DNA from: Thermoplasmata archaeon | GTDB lineage: Archaea; Thermoplasmatota; Thermoplasmata; Lutacidiplasmatales; SKW197 | Direction of reading: 5' to 3' | Length of the DNA: 64,000 nt | Assembly: GCA_026414225.1 (NCBI GenBank) | Contig: JAOAJK010000005.1 | Span: 10,609-74,608, forward strand | Shown: piece after piece, positions 27,013-36,961 of the stretch | Numbering within the stretch: position 1 is the first letter of the stretch | Layout of the letters: every line of letters begins with the position of its first letter | Made by a program: the position numbers and the translations under genes | Notes under the pieces: model-generated | What the model was told of the DNA's origin: nothing | The model's input: the letters and a program-made list of their open reading frames with translations, nothing else | Database searches by the model: none

Positions 27013-29526
27013 ATGAAATTGATGGATGTCTTCGTAAACAGGGACCATGAAATCTCACGGTTGGAGGAGTTTTATTCTAAAACAGCTGGGGGGAGTGGCA
27101 CCGTTGTAATGCTTTCGGGGAGAATTGGCACTGGCAAGACCGCACTCATAGATAGATTTCTGGAGACAAAAAGAGGATTCTATTTTGAATGCGTTGTCGG
27201 GCAACCCCCTTATGCCCCGCTGAAAAACTTCCTAACAGCATTTTTTTCAATTGAAAGAAAAGAGGTTCCACCGAGCATGCAGTTCCTCGTGGACGAGAAG
27301 GAAGAAAAGGTGGAGGGAGAAACCCTCGAAGAAGCGTTCACGGCCCTCCTTAGATTCTTCAACTCCTACATCACCGCCGAGCCGGTGGTATTTGCAATAG
27401 ATAATTTCCAGGATGTGGATGAAGGCACAATAAAGTTCCTGGACTACTTCGTCAGGCACCCCGAGCTTGCGAAAATTATGATAATCTGTGCCTATCGGAC
27501 TGAAATGCTGGAAGAGACAGGAAGGGGCAAAACGATTTCAGATTTTCTCCAGTTTCTGATAATGAACAACATGTTCAACGCCGTGATTGTGGATAACTTC
27601 AACGAATCCACCACCGGTCTCTTACTCGCAAAGATGTTCGGAGAGAATGTGCCGCTGGATGGTGTCAAACAGATATATCAGAAATCAAGTGGAAACCCCC
27701 TGATGCTGATGGAAATGCTGAAAATTATAGTTCAGGAAAGAAACATAGACCTAGCTGTGCCTGAAAACTGGAATAAAATCGAATGGGACAAGTTAAGCAT
27801 ACCGGCCAATCTCCAGGAAATTTTCCAGATGGAACTCGATTCTCTACCCCCGGAAGGGCTTGCACTGCTGGATTATATGGCAGTGGCTGGCAACGAATTC
27901 GAGGAGGACATCGTGAGCGAGGCCTCAAGGGAGCCCCTCGACCTTGTCCAGAAAATTGCAAACCTGATGGTGGAGAAGGGCATCCTCACCCAGGACTCAA
28001 AGACAGGGAAATACCGGTTTACCAGAAATGTGTACATGGAAATCATCTACAATGATATCGGTTCAAAAATCCTCCCGATCTGCTTTGCAGTCGGCTCTGC
28101 AATTGAGAAACTCAGGAAGGACCGGCTGGGGGAGTATGTGTTTGACCTGGTGCGCCTCTTTGGCAACAGCAGGGACAGGAAAAGAGCGTATGAGTATGCA
28201 ATCATGGCAGGGGGCAGGGCAGAAAAACTCCATGCCCCTGAAAGCGTGGAGAAATATTACGAACTGGCAATTGCGATCGCGGATGAATTGAATCTGGACT
28301 GGGCAGACATCTACGAAATAAAGATGAAGAAGGGAATGGGACTGTTCTATCTCGGCGCCTGGGAAAAAGCTGAGAATTGCTTTGTTGAAATGATGAAAAT
28401 TGCAAAGGAACATGAGGATAAGAAAAGAGAGACCGAGAGCTTGCTGCTGCTCATAAGGTTGAGACAGTATCAGAGCGAGTATGAGAAGGCAAGAGCGCTG
28501 CTCCAGAAAGCAATTGAACTGGCAAAGGGCACTGCGGACTCCAAATTTATTGCAGATGCCCTCCGTGGTGTAGCCCACATGGAATGGAAGACCGGGGAAT
28601 ACGATAATGCAATCAAACATTACAACGAAGCACTTTCATATTTCCAGAGTGCAAGTGCGGAAGCCATATTCACTGGAAATCTGCAGGTAACAGAGGAGAA
28701 CATTCCGATCAAGGGAGAGATACTGCTCGAACTTGGAAATGTGTATGCAGAAATGGGGGACTACAGACAGGCACTGCTCTTCAATTTGAAAGGGCTTAAA
28801 ATTTTAAAGGAAACCAATTCACCGGCAATGGCCAGAGCCCTTCACAACATAGGCGCCATCCATCTCCGTGAGGAAAACTGGCAGAAAGCGATGGAGTCAT
28901 TCAAACAGGGAATTGAGTATGCTGAAAAATTGAACGACCTGGATACGATGGGCTGGTGCTATCTTGGACTGGCAGAAACGCTTTTCCGGTCTGGAGGGAG
29001 CAAAGAGGAGGCAAACCAGCATATTGAAAAAGCCAACCAGCACCTCTCAAAAATCAGCGACAGAATCGGGAATGCCCTTCTCCACAAAATTTATGCCAAC
29101 CTCTGCCTTCAAATGAATGACATTGCCGGCGCTGAGAACCACATAAAGGTTGCTGAGGAAATCGGGCAGAAAATTGCGTCGCCCTACATTTCTGGCGAAC
29201 TCCTCACGGCCAGGATAGAACTCGCAATCAAAAAAGGTGAAAGAGAAAACGCCGTTAATTTGCTGAAAACCCTGGAGGAATTGTCCATGAAGCATAGAAT
29301 GAAATCATTTGGTAAGTTTATCGAGGCGAAAAAGAAGGAACTGCAGCCGCAACCACCACCTTCCCCGCAAGCTCCACCAGTAGTGCCCGGAGGGGTCGAG
29401 GGACGGGAAGCAAAGCCAGCGGCACCACAGGAAGGTGCTGGGAGGGCAGAAGGCAGGGAAGTGCCACCTGATTCCCAGTTAACCAGAAAGAAGCGGAAAA
29501 AAAAGAAAGGAGGTGACATGCAATGA
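27013..29526 (+). CDS. STAND-class P-loop ATPase with C-terminal TPR array
   Basis: FVNRDHEI, GRIGTGKT, FAIDNFQ, GNPL, then TPR-like helices and a Pro/Lys-rich tail. Confidence 0.88.
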   Translation: MKLMDVFVNRDHEISRLEEFYSKTAGGSGTVVMLSGRIGTGKTALIDRFLETKRGFYFECVVGQPPYAPLKNFLTAFFSIERKEVPPSMQFLVDEKEEKVEGETLEEAFTALLRFFNSYITAEPVVFAIDNFQDVDEGTIKFLDYFVRHPELAKIMIICAYRTEMLEETGRGKTISDFLQFLIMNNMFNAVIVDNFNESTTGLLLAKMFGENVPLDGVKQIYQKSSGNPLMLMEMLKIIVQERNIDLAVPENWNKIEWDKLSIPANLQEIFQMELDSLPPEGLALLDYMAVAGNEFEEDIVSEASREPLDLVQKIANLMVEKGILTQDSKTGKYRFTRNVYMEIIYNDIGSKILPICFAVGSAIEKLRKDRLGEYVFDLVRLFGNSRDRKRAYEYAIMAGGRAEKLHAPESVEKYYELAIAIADELNLDWADIYEIKMKKGMGLFYLGAWEKAENCFVEMMKIAKEHEDKKRETESLLLLIRLRQYQSEYEKARALLQKAIELAKGTADSKFIADALRGVAHMEWKTGEYDNAIKHYNEALSYFQSASAEAIFTGNLQVTEENIPIKGEILLELGNVYAEMGDYRQALLFNLKGLKILKETNSPAMARALHNIGAIHLREENWQKAMESFKQGIEYAEKLNDLDTMGWCYLGLAETLFRSGGSKEEANQHIEKANQHLSKISDRIGNALLHKIYANLCLQMNDIAGAENHIKVAEEIGQKIASPYISGELLTARIELAIKKGERENAVNLLKTLEELSMKHRMKSFGKFIEAKKKELQPQPPPSPQAPPVVPGGVEGREAKPAAPQEGAGRAEGREVPPDSQLTRKKRKKKKGGDMQ

Positions 29527-29759
29527 CCTCCCCGATCAGTGAAAAAGTTTACAACATAATGGGCAGGGAAATGGGACACATCGGCCGATTCATTGTCCAG
29601 AAACAGTGCAAGGACCTTGGTATAAACCCAGAGGACATAAAAACTGAAGATCTTCCAAAAATTGCGAAAGCCCTCGGGGATGTGATGAAGACATTCGGGG
29701 GCGAAGACAAGGGCAAGGCAATCGAGGCGGAAATCAGGCGGCTTGCCCAAAGTCATTAA
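29523..29759 (+). CDS. Small helical hypothetical protein coupled to the STAND-TPR gene
   Basis: ATGA overlap with the upstream stop; GGAGGTGA RBS; 78 aa. Confidence 0.8.
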   Translation: MTSPISEKVYNIMGREMGHIGRFIVQKQCKDLGINPEDIKTEDLPKIAKALGDVMKTFGGEDKGKAIEAEIRRLAQSH

Positions 29760-30754
29760 CTTACTTTTTCCCGCAATGTTTTTGCATTTTCCTCCGGCTG
29801 CGAGATGTTGACCGTAATTCCAGAACCCATCTCGAGTCCCGCAGGGATTGTCAATCTAGGTGTGATTTCAAGATACCAGTGATAATAGTCCACATTTTTC
29901 AGGTAAGAGGGCGCGGTATGGAGCACCAGATTGTAGGCAGGATCGTCCAGTGCAAGTTTCAAAGCCCTGAGAACCTTATGCAGTGCCAACGAAAGTGCAT
30001 TCAGCGATTCCTCACCGATATCAATGAAATGGCTGCGGTGTTCCCTGGGCATAATCTGGATCTCATACTGGAGCTTAGCTGCATAGGGCACGAAGGCCAC
30101 AAAATGGGCATTCTCGTAAATCACCCGTTCCCCCGCACCCTGCTCCGCCCCTATCGTGTCACAATAGACGCACCTTCCGTTTTCGTGGGCGTAGCATCTG
30201 GCAGTGTTGAACAGGTCCATGATGTGGGTGGGGACAAACGCGAGTCCTACAACCTGGGAGTGGGGATGGATCAGCGAGGTTCCTGCCTCCTTTCCGTGAT
30301 TCCGGAACAGAATTACTGACTTAATCCAGGGGTTCTTGTAGAGGTATTTAACGCATTCGAAGTAAGAACGGACCACATCAAAAACCTCTGGCTCGCTCAT
30401 ATCCGGGATGTCCCTGTTGTGAAACGGGGTTTCCACGATCACATGGTGAAAACCACTTGCAGCCCTTTTTCTGAAAAAACCTTCGGTTCTGGCAGTGTCG
30501 TTGTTTTCAGAAACCACCGGAAATTTGTTGGGTATCACACGGAGTTTCCATTGGTTGTTCTCCTCCTCCCTGTAGGAAAATAACTCTTCCGGCGTACTTG
30601 CCTCGTTTCCCGGGCAGAACGGACAGTCCGCTTTCCACTCTGGCAATGGTTCCTTTGGCTTCGCAGCCTCGGATGCCTCATGCTTCCTCTTTGCCCTTTC
30701 ACTGGCAACAATTACCCACTCGCCGGTGATTCTGTTGAATCGCAGTTCATTCAT
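29756..30754 (-). CDS. galT: Galactose-1-phosphate uridylyltransferase family (HIT superfamily)
   Basis: ELRFNRITGEWVIV, CPFCPGNE, PNKFP, GTSLIHPHSQ. Confidence 0.9.
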   Translation of the reverse strand: MNELRFNRITGEWVIVASERAKRKHEASEAAKPKEPLPEWKADCPFCPGNEASTPEELFSYREEENNQWKLRVIPNKFPVVSENNDTARTEGFFRKRAASGFHHVIVETPFHNRDIPDMSEPEVFDVVRSYFECVKYLYKNPWIKSVILFRNHGKEAGTSLIHPHSQVVGLAFVPTHIMDLFNTARCYAHENGRCVYCDTIGAEQGAGERVIYENAHFVAFVPYAAKLQYEIQIMPREHRSHFIDIGEESLNALSLALHKVLRALKLALDDPAYNLVLHTAPSYLKNVDYYHWYLEITPRLTIPAGLEMGSGITVNISQPEENAKTLREKVS

Positions 30755-30794
30755 GCTGAGGGATAGACGAATTAGATAAAAACATTTTCCGTGG

Positions 30795-31562
30795 TCACCT
30801 AACCTCAATCAAACTCAAGCTTTCCATCTCGGTGAAGTGCAGTTCTCCTGGAAGCACGAGTACATGTGGGGGTTTTCCGAAGTTCATCTGCACGAGCTTC
30901 GAGATTTCGCCCCACGCAGCAATGCCGTCAGGGCTTCCAGCCCTTGCCACCACGCAGATTTTGATGTTTTGCGAGAACAGCCCTTTCCGTTCCCTTGCCT
31001 CCATATCCAGCAGAATCTGCATTCCCTCATTCGCACGCATCAAATAATTCTGTTCCGCCTTGATGTCGAGAAGGATGAGGGTATGGAGCCCGTTCTCACG
31101 GTTCTTGAGAATTCCGTAATAGGGAGAGGTGGGAAAGAAGCCCTCTTCTGGCCTTGGCAAACTCACGGATCTTCCAAACTTATAGATGTGGAGCCCGAGA
31201 ATTGCAGGAGCCGCGGTATAAATTGATGCGCCGTGCACAATTTCAGTTTTTATTCCCTGTCTCGTTGCCTCGTTTTTGAGAAATGCATGGGTGGTTGCGG
31301 TCATTGGGTCGCCCGCACAGAGCAGCACCACTTTTTTTTCTTTCGCAACTGCAAGCAACCCCTCAAATCGCTGCTCCAGGTCTTCACGCTTGAGGAGGGC
31401 CACCTTCTTTCCATAAAGTTCCTCAAGCTTCGCCACCGTCGTGCCAGCAAGTACGGAAGTATAAAATTCTGCGAATACTGCATCGGCATTCCTGACCGCC
31501 TCAAGTCCCTTTATGGAAATATCCAGTTCATCATAAAGTCCAAGGCCCACAAATGTAAGCAT
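30795..31562 (-). CDS. dph5: Diphthine synthase
   Basis: MLTFVGLGL, EFYTS, GDPMTATTH, GLHIYKFG, GLHTLILLDI. Confidence 0.96.
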   Translation of the reverse strand: MLTFVGLGLYDELDISIKGLEAVRNADAVFAEFYTSVLAGTTVAKLEELYGKKVALLKREDLEQRFEGLLAVAKEKKVVLLCAGDPMTATTHAFLKNEATRQGIKTEIVHGASIYTAAPAILGLHIYKFGRSVSLPRPEEGFFPTSPYYGILKNRENGLHTLILLDIKAEQNYLMRANEGMQILLDMEARERKGLFSQNIKICVVARAGSPDGIAAWGEISKLVQMNFGKPPHVLVLPGELHFTEMESLSLIEVR

Positions 31563-32740
31563 CAGATTTCACTTCTCCTCACAGCCACCCCTCTCTCGCC
31601 TATAAATTTCATCGCTTCCTCCCATGTGAGCAGTCCACACTTGGCGCCGAATTGCTGGACTACCGAGGCCCCGTTTGCACTTCCCACCCTGAGGGCGGTC
31701 TCTATATCCTTACCCTTTGCCAGGGCCGCTATGAATCCCACGGTGAAAGCATCACCGGCTCCGAGGGTGGAGACCACGGGCACATCATAGGCCGGGAACA
31801 TGTAACGGTATCTGCCGTCGTAACACTGGACCCCTTTCTTTCCGTCAGTGATTACCACTAACTTGACCCCCATTCCATGAATTTTTTTCAGAATCGGATC
31901 CAGATTGTCTGCCCACGGTTCATTGATTATTGCCCTTGCTGGACACCGTTCCACACACAGACCGCATTTAGTGCATTTTTCCTGATGCCTGGTTACTGCT
32001 TTTCCCCCCTCCAGTGCAAAAATCTTCACGGGGCAGACATCCACGCAGGTGCCGCATCCAATGCACCGGTCCTCATCAACCACCATCTGGGAATACTTTA
32101 TGCCTGTGAAATTCGACGCTTCCTCCTTGTTCAAAAAGAGAATGTCAATCCTCGAAATAAACGGGAGCATCTTGTCAATTCCCCTTGAAATCTGAGTGTT
32201 GCCAGGATTCCAGCAAATCTTCACATCCCTATCTGCAAGAATCGCGGCAAATTTGGCTGGGATGTCGCTTGCCCTTCCAGTCATTGGTCCCAGATAGAGA
32301 AATTTTGTGTCTGTGATTTTTTCCATATCCATCCTGTCAAAATCCAGGAGATTATTAGCCCCCCTGTAGGTGAGCACGGTCCTCTCGCCCTCAAATGTGG
32401 TGATGATTACCGAATACCCTGTTTCATCATCGACCCTGAAGGCAAGGGAGGTATCTACCCCCTCCCTCGCGAGTTCATTCAAAATTATTCTGGCACTTTC
32501 GTCATTTCCGAGGGCACTGCAGAACCCGGTTCTCAAACCCATCTTCCCGAACCCGAAGGCGGTATTCGAGGCGCCTCCGCCCGTGGTAAACATGATCTTA
32601 TCCACATTGATTTTGGCACCGTAATCAAGACAGAGGTATGCCTTCGTCTGGAGCATCTCCCGCAGCTCCAGAACCTTTGCGAGGTTTGTCTTCACGAATA
32701 CATCCTGGGTAGCACTCCCGATGCAGACCACATCGTACAT
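31562..32740 (-). CDS. PfkB/ribokinase-family kinase with an internal 2x[4Fe-4S] ferredoxin domain
   Basis: GGGASNTA, LNKEEA, TLGAGDAF; CIGCGTCVDVCP and CTKCGLCVERCP inserted between the N-x-x-E motif and VVITDG. Confidence 0.9.
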   Translation of the reverse strand: MYDVVCIGSATQDVFVKTNLAKVLELREMLQTKAYLCLDYGAKINVDKIMFTTGGGASNTAFGFGKMGLRTGFCSALGNDESARIILNELAREGVDTSLAFRVDDETGYSVIITTFEGERTVLTYRGANNLLDFDRMDMEKITDTKFLYLGPMTGRASDIPAKFAAILADRDVKICWNPGNTQISRGIDKMLPFISRIDILFLNKEEASNFTGIKYSQMVVDEDRCIGCGTCVDVCPVKIFALEGGKAVTRHQEKCTKCGLCVERCPARAIINEPWADNLDPILKKIHGMGVKLVVITDGKKGVQCYDGRYRYMFPAYDVPVVSTLGAGDAFTVGFIAALAKGKDIETALRVGSANGASVVQQFGAKCGLLTWEEAMKFIGERGVAVRRSEI

Positions 32741-32856
32741 GGCAGGACATAGATGTCGTGGGTAAAAAAACTTTTGAGAGGCAGATGCAACACGGGGAAG
32801 CAATGCTCGCCCATGCCCATCGCAACCTTATTATCTTCCCTCTGGTATTCCAGAAC

Positions 32857-33228
32857 ATGGCAGATGATAAGGCAACCCTTGAAAATCTGAAACAACTTGT
32901 AGCCAAGTTCAACACCGAGAGAAAATGGGAGATTTACCATCAACCGAAGGAACTGGCAATAGCGATTGCAGTTGAGAGTGCGGAATTGCTTGACATTTTC
33001 AAATGGCAGCACGGCCAGGCAGTGACTGCAAAGGTTGAAAACTACAGAAAAATCAAGGAAGAAATGGCAGATATTCTGATCCTCCTGCTCTCTCTTGCAA
33101 ACACCCTCAACATCGACCTGAGCGATGCCCTCGTCTCCAAAATCGAGAAGAATGCAATGAAGTATCCTGGGGGTGTGGATTACTCCAGAATCTGGAACCA
33201 GGAAAAAAACAAAAATACACCGCTGTAG
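32857..33228 (+). CDS. MazG-like all-alpha nucleotide pyrophosphohydrolase
   Basis: W...HQPKELAIAIAVESAELL..F.W, EEMADIL, KIEKNAMKYP. Confidence 0.9.
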   Translation: MADDKATLENLKQLVAKFNTERKWEIYHQPKELAIAIAVESAELLDIFKWQHGQAVTAKVENYRKIKEEMADILILLLSLANTLNIDLSDALVSKIEKNAMKYPGGVDYSRIWNQEKNKNTPL

Positions 33229-33230
33229 CC

Positions 33231-34130
33231 ATGCAAAAATTTAAAGTGTATCAGGTCTGGCCTAAATGCCCCTCGATTTCAATTTCTGGTAGCAAATGCC
33301 ATCTGATGTGCGAGCACTGTCTGGGATACTACCTCAGATACATGCATCCGGCCGAAACCCCTGCGAAGTTTGAAAGATTAACTGAAAAGTTGAGTGGGGA
33401 AGGGGCAAAGGGTTTTCTGGTAAGTGGCGGCTGTGACAAAAGCGGAAAAATTCTGAATTTGAAGACGATGATTCCGGTCATTCGTAAGCTCCATCAGAAG
33501 GGCTATGTGATAAAGCTCCACACTGGCTTCGTGGATGAAGAAACTGCAAAAGAGCTTGCCGGTGCAATCGACATAGCTTCCATGGAATTTCCTGGCTCCT
33601 TTTCCGCGGTTGAGGAAATTTTCCACTTGGGAGAAGGTGTGGAAAAATACATTGAAACTTTTCGGAATTTAAGGGCTGCGGGGATAAAACACATTGTGCC
33701 GCATGTGTGCATCGGGCTTAACCATGGAAAGGTTTCGGATGAATGGAGGGCGGTTGAACTGCTCGGCGAGATTTTCATCCCCGAGAAAATTGTTTTTATC
33801 GTGTTCATCCCGACACCAGATACACCCTGCAGGAACGACCCGCTTCCCTCCCCTGAGGATGTGGAGAGCGTGATCGGACATGCAAGGAAACTTTTGCCGG
33901 ATACCGAGCTCGTGCTCGGTGCCCTCCGCCCGAGATTTGCTAGCGTAAGGGGAATAACCCCTGATTACATCCATCAGGTGGAGATGCATGCCCTGGGTGC
34001 TGGTGTTTCCGGCATTGAGGTTCCTTCGAGAAAAACAGCCGAGTTCATTAAGAAAAACTATGAGATGGTGCAGATAGAGGCATTCGGGGCATTGCCCGCA
34101 GAGTTTGAAGCCCGTTTCCTTCCCGTTTAA
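33231..34130 (+). CDS. Radical SAM protein (biotin-synthase-related, uncharacterised)
   Basis: SISISGSKCHLMCEHC (CxxxCxxC), LVSGGC, VPHVCIGL. Confidence 0.88.
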   Translation: MQKFKVYQVWPKCPSISISGSKCHLMCEHCLGYYLRYMHPAETPAKFERLTEKLSGEGAKGFLVSGGCDKSGKILNLKTMIPVIRKLHQKGYVIKLHTGFVDEETAKELAGAIDIASMEFPGSFSAVEEIFHLGEGVEKYIETFRNLRAAGIKHIVPHVCIGLNHGKVSDEWRAVELLGEIFIPEKIVFIVFIPTPDTPCRNDPLPSPEDVESVIGHARKLLPDTELVLGALRPRFASVRGITPDYIHQVEMHALGAGVSGIEVPSRKTAEFIKKNYEMVQIEAFGALPAEFEARFLPV

Positions 34131-35836
34131 TGTTTTGCGACAATCACATACTTCTTGGGCACCACTACCTTCGTGGTTTCCTTGTAGAGAATATACATTG
34201 CAAAGTTAATTACGATGAATGCTGAGAAAATCAGGATGATTGAGAGGAGCCAGCTATACTGCCAGGTCGCTGAAACGAAGTAGAGCATCAGGAAGGAGAG
34301 CACAACAACACCTGAGACCGTTGTCTCAATTAGATTGTCCATCTTTCGCTTCATTCCCAGGTTCGAATAGTTGAGGTGCCTTATCACCGGCAGCAACATC
34401 CGGTTCAGCTTCAATGTGAGATAAATGAGAATTGCAGGTGTGAGAAAGATAACGAGCAAGTAATGGAGAAGCCCGGTTGTGAGTAACTGGGCAATGAAAA
34501 CGCAGAGGAAGAGGAACAGAAGGATCACTACCTTTCTGTCAATTCGGTATATCGGCACGGACCGCGGAAAAACAATCTTTTTGATGGTTCTTGCTATGAC
34601 TGCCCCGGAATATCTCATGTAGCCGGGAAGGACCCTGGTGTACGCATGCGCCAGCGTCTGAGGAATCTTTAGGAAAACAGGTGTTATGAGTGTGGTGATA
34701 AGACAGATGGCCCCGGTAAATGGATAAATGCTCTGGGAATGCACCAACGCATTTGTGCCGTCTGGATTTTTCAGACCTGTGCCAATGTTTGCAAAGATCA
34801 CGGCTTCTTCGCTTCTTGGAAGAGCCCCATTGCCCACAAATACCGCATCCCTCGAGGGTAAGCCCACGAGGTAGGCAACCGCTGAAAGAATAAACATTTC
34901 ACATACAATTATTGCGACCATTGCAAAGAAAATAAGTTCCAGGTTTGTGAGAAAGCCAGAAGGGGATATCATCATTCCAAATGCAAGGAAGAAAATTGCA
35001 ACAAAGATGTGCTTGAAGGATGTAAGATGCTTTTCAAAATCCTTCTTCAGCTTTGTCTCGGAAAAGGAAAGCCCAACAAAAAAGGCACCTATTATCGGAG
35101 AGATGCCGAATGGAATACCAATCACACCTCCGAAGAACACCATGGCGAGGGCGAAGAGCCCCATTATCTCCTCGTCCTTCAGATGATGTACATGCTTTCC
35201 AATCAACGGCACCACATACACATACAGAATCAGAAAGAAAATGAAAATAATTATAAGGCCAATAATTACCAGCAGCATTTCATTGCTTCCCGTTTTGTTC
35301 ATGAAGCTGGAGGCCACAATCACGAGAATTATTGAGAGGAAATCCTCAATCAGCATCATTCCTATCAGCGTGTCCCTCGTCTGGAGTGAGGAAAGCTGCA
35401 GCTTTTCAAGGGCCTTAGCAGTGACTGCAACGCTGCTCATCCCCATGATGCAGGCAAGAAAGAAGGTATCTTTGAATGGCCAGGCAAAGATTGCCCCTAT
35501 AACGAAACCCGCGAAGAGCATGGTGCCAATGTCTGCGAGAGAGAGCACAACGCTTGCGTTCTTTGCCTGCTTCAACCTTGTGACTGAGAAGTCCAGACCG
35601 ACGAAGAACAGGAGGAGCATCACACCGAGTTCTGAAAAAATGTGGATTATTTCATCGCTCTGGACGAAACCCGTGTAATGATGGCCGAAAATGTTTATTG
35701 AAATGTTTGGACCTATCAACATTCCTATAATGATGTAGCCCACAAGCGTGCTCTGCCCGAGCTTCGACGAGAGTATGCTTCCTATAAATGCAAACATGAG
35801 CAGAATAGCTATTTCGTAGAGGGGTTCCATTGCCAT
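34127..35836 (-). CDS. CPA2-family cation:proton antiporter with extra C-terminal TM segments
   Basis: GYIIIGMLIGP, ELGVMLLLFFVGLDFS, IEDF, IGAFFVG, PRSE. Confidence 0.88.
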   Translation of the reverse strand: MAMEPLYEIAILLMFAFIGSILSSKLGQSTLVGYIIIGMLIGPNISINIFGHHYTGFVQSDEIIHIFSELGVMLLLFFVGLDFSVTRLKQAKNASVVLSLADIGTMLFAGFVIGAIFAWPFKDTFFLACIMGMSSVAVTAKALEKLQLSSLQTRDTLIGMMLIEDFLSIILVIVASSFMNKTGSNEMLLVIIGLIIIFIFFLILYVYVVPLIGKHVHHLKDEEIMGLFALAMVFFGGVIGIPFGISPIIGAFFVGLSFSETKLKKDFEKHLTSFKHIFVAIFFLAFGMMISPSGFLTNLELIFFAMVAIIVCEMFILSAVAYLVGLPSRDAVFVGNGALPRSEEAVIFANIGTGLKNPDGTNALVHSQSIYPFTGAICLITTLITPVFLKIPQTLAHAYTRVLPGYMRYSGAVIARTIKKIVFPRSVPIYRIDRKVVILLFLFLCVFIAQLLTTGLLHYLLVIFLTPAILIYLTLKLNRMLLPVIRHLNYSNLGMKRKMDNLIETTVSGVVVLSFLMLYFVSATWQYSWLLSIILIFSAFIVINFAMYILYKETTKVVVPKKYVIVAKH

Positions 35837-35888
35837 TTACCCACCCATAAACTAACCGTAGATATAATTTTCCTGCTGTAAACTCCCC

Positions 35889-36362
35889 CTATTTTTCCGG
35901 ATTCTCAAGGATTTCCCTCTCCACTGCCTCATAAAATCTTCTTGCATCAATACCATTCATCTTCGCATAAATAAGGGCAGCCACAACTGGGAGGGTGCAT
36001 GTATCTTCTGCCAGTGTATTAATCTCCGCAACAATCTCCTTTCTGTCTTTGCCAGATTTGTCTGCGAGGTACTTGACAATCTCAATGAAGGTGTCAACCT
36101 TGTCAGAGGTCATAACTTCTGGGGCTATCTTAAAATCCGGTTCTACAACCGTATCTTCAAGGTCAAACCTCGGTTTGAGAACCTCCCCATCCTTGAGCAC
36201 CACAGAGCCCGCAATACATTTCTCCAGAATTTTCTTTGCCTCCGCGGGGGTCACGAGCCGCTTCTTGACTGAAAGATAGTTTACGAAATCACTCTCTGTA
36301 ATTTCCTTTAAACCCTGGCTTTTCAGCACAAACGTCACAATTTTCTGAAGGTCATAGGTCAT
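35889..36362 (-). CDS. DUF2240-like archaeal hypothetical protein
   Basis: Length and pattern (F...LS.....TP.EAK, P..AAL..AK..GID) match my recollection of the family. Confidence 0.65.
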   Translation of the reverse strand: MTYDLQKIVTFVLKSQGLKEITESDFVNYLSVKKRLVTPAEAKKILEKCIAGSVVLKDGEVLKPRFDLEDTVVEPDFKIAPEVMTSDKVDTFIEIVKYLADKSGKDRKEIVAEINTLAEDTCTLPVVAALIYAKMNGIDARRFYEAVEREILENPEK

Positions 36363-36930
36363 CCAAATCCATCTCCACAATTCTTCCCACAATATTTAAT
36401 TTTTCCCTTACAAGGTTTGCACCCGCACCGGGGATATCCAGAACCACCGGCAGGTCTTTGAGTCCACTGTATGGAATCCCCACCCCCTCCGCCCTCAGAA
36501 TTACCTCGCATCCAGTTCTTCTCAAAAAATCGTAGAGGCGGTCAAGGTTCGGTATTCCGCTTTCATCAAGAACCAGGGCAAAGTTCGCTGTCTCGTCGGC
36601 AATTTTCTGAAGTGTGCTTGGGCCCACCATACCTGTGTGCAGCACCGCCTTTTCGGCCCCTGCCATCAGAAGGTCGGAAACATCCTCCACAGATTTCGAA
36701 TTTGCCTCCACCCACACAGGAACCAAATCCGAGATTTCGGAGAGGAGGTCTAGGTGGGGCGTACCTTCCTTAATTCCATTCAAATCCAGGATGTACAGTA
36801 CCTCATTCTCTTCGGAAATTCGCTCGAAAAAATCCAGAATTGTATCTGTCCCCACCCTGACTTTTCTAGCGGCATCCACAACATTGTAGTTTTCAATTCT
36901 CAACCTTGGAATAACCCTTTCGTCCATCAT
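36352..36930 (-). CDS. HisA/HisF-related TIM-barrel protein
   Basis: LYILDLNGI, VWVEA, DLLMAGAEKAVL. Confidence 0.75.
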   Translation of the reverse strand: MMDERVIPRLRIENYNVVDAARKVRVGTDTILDFFERISEENEVLYILDLNGIKEGTPHLDLLSEISDLVPVWVEANSKSVEDVSDLLMAGAEKAVLHTGMVGPSTLQKIADETANFALVLDESGIPNLDRLYDFLRRTGCEVILRAEGVGIPYSGLKDLPVVLDIPGAGANLVREKLNIVGRIVEMDLDDL

Positions 36931-36961
36931 TTCCTCGGAAACGGAGGTAAAAAATAAACTA

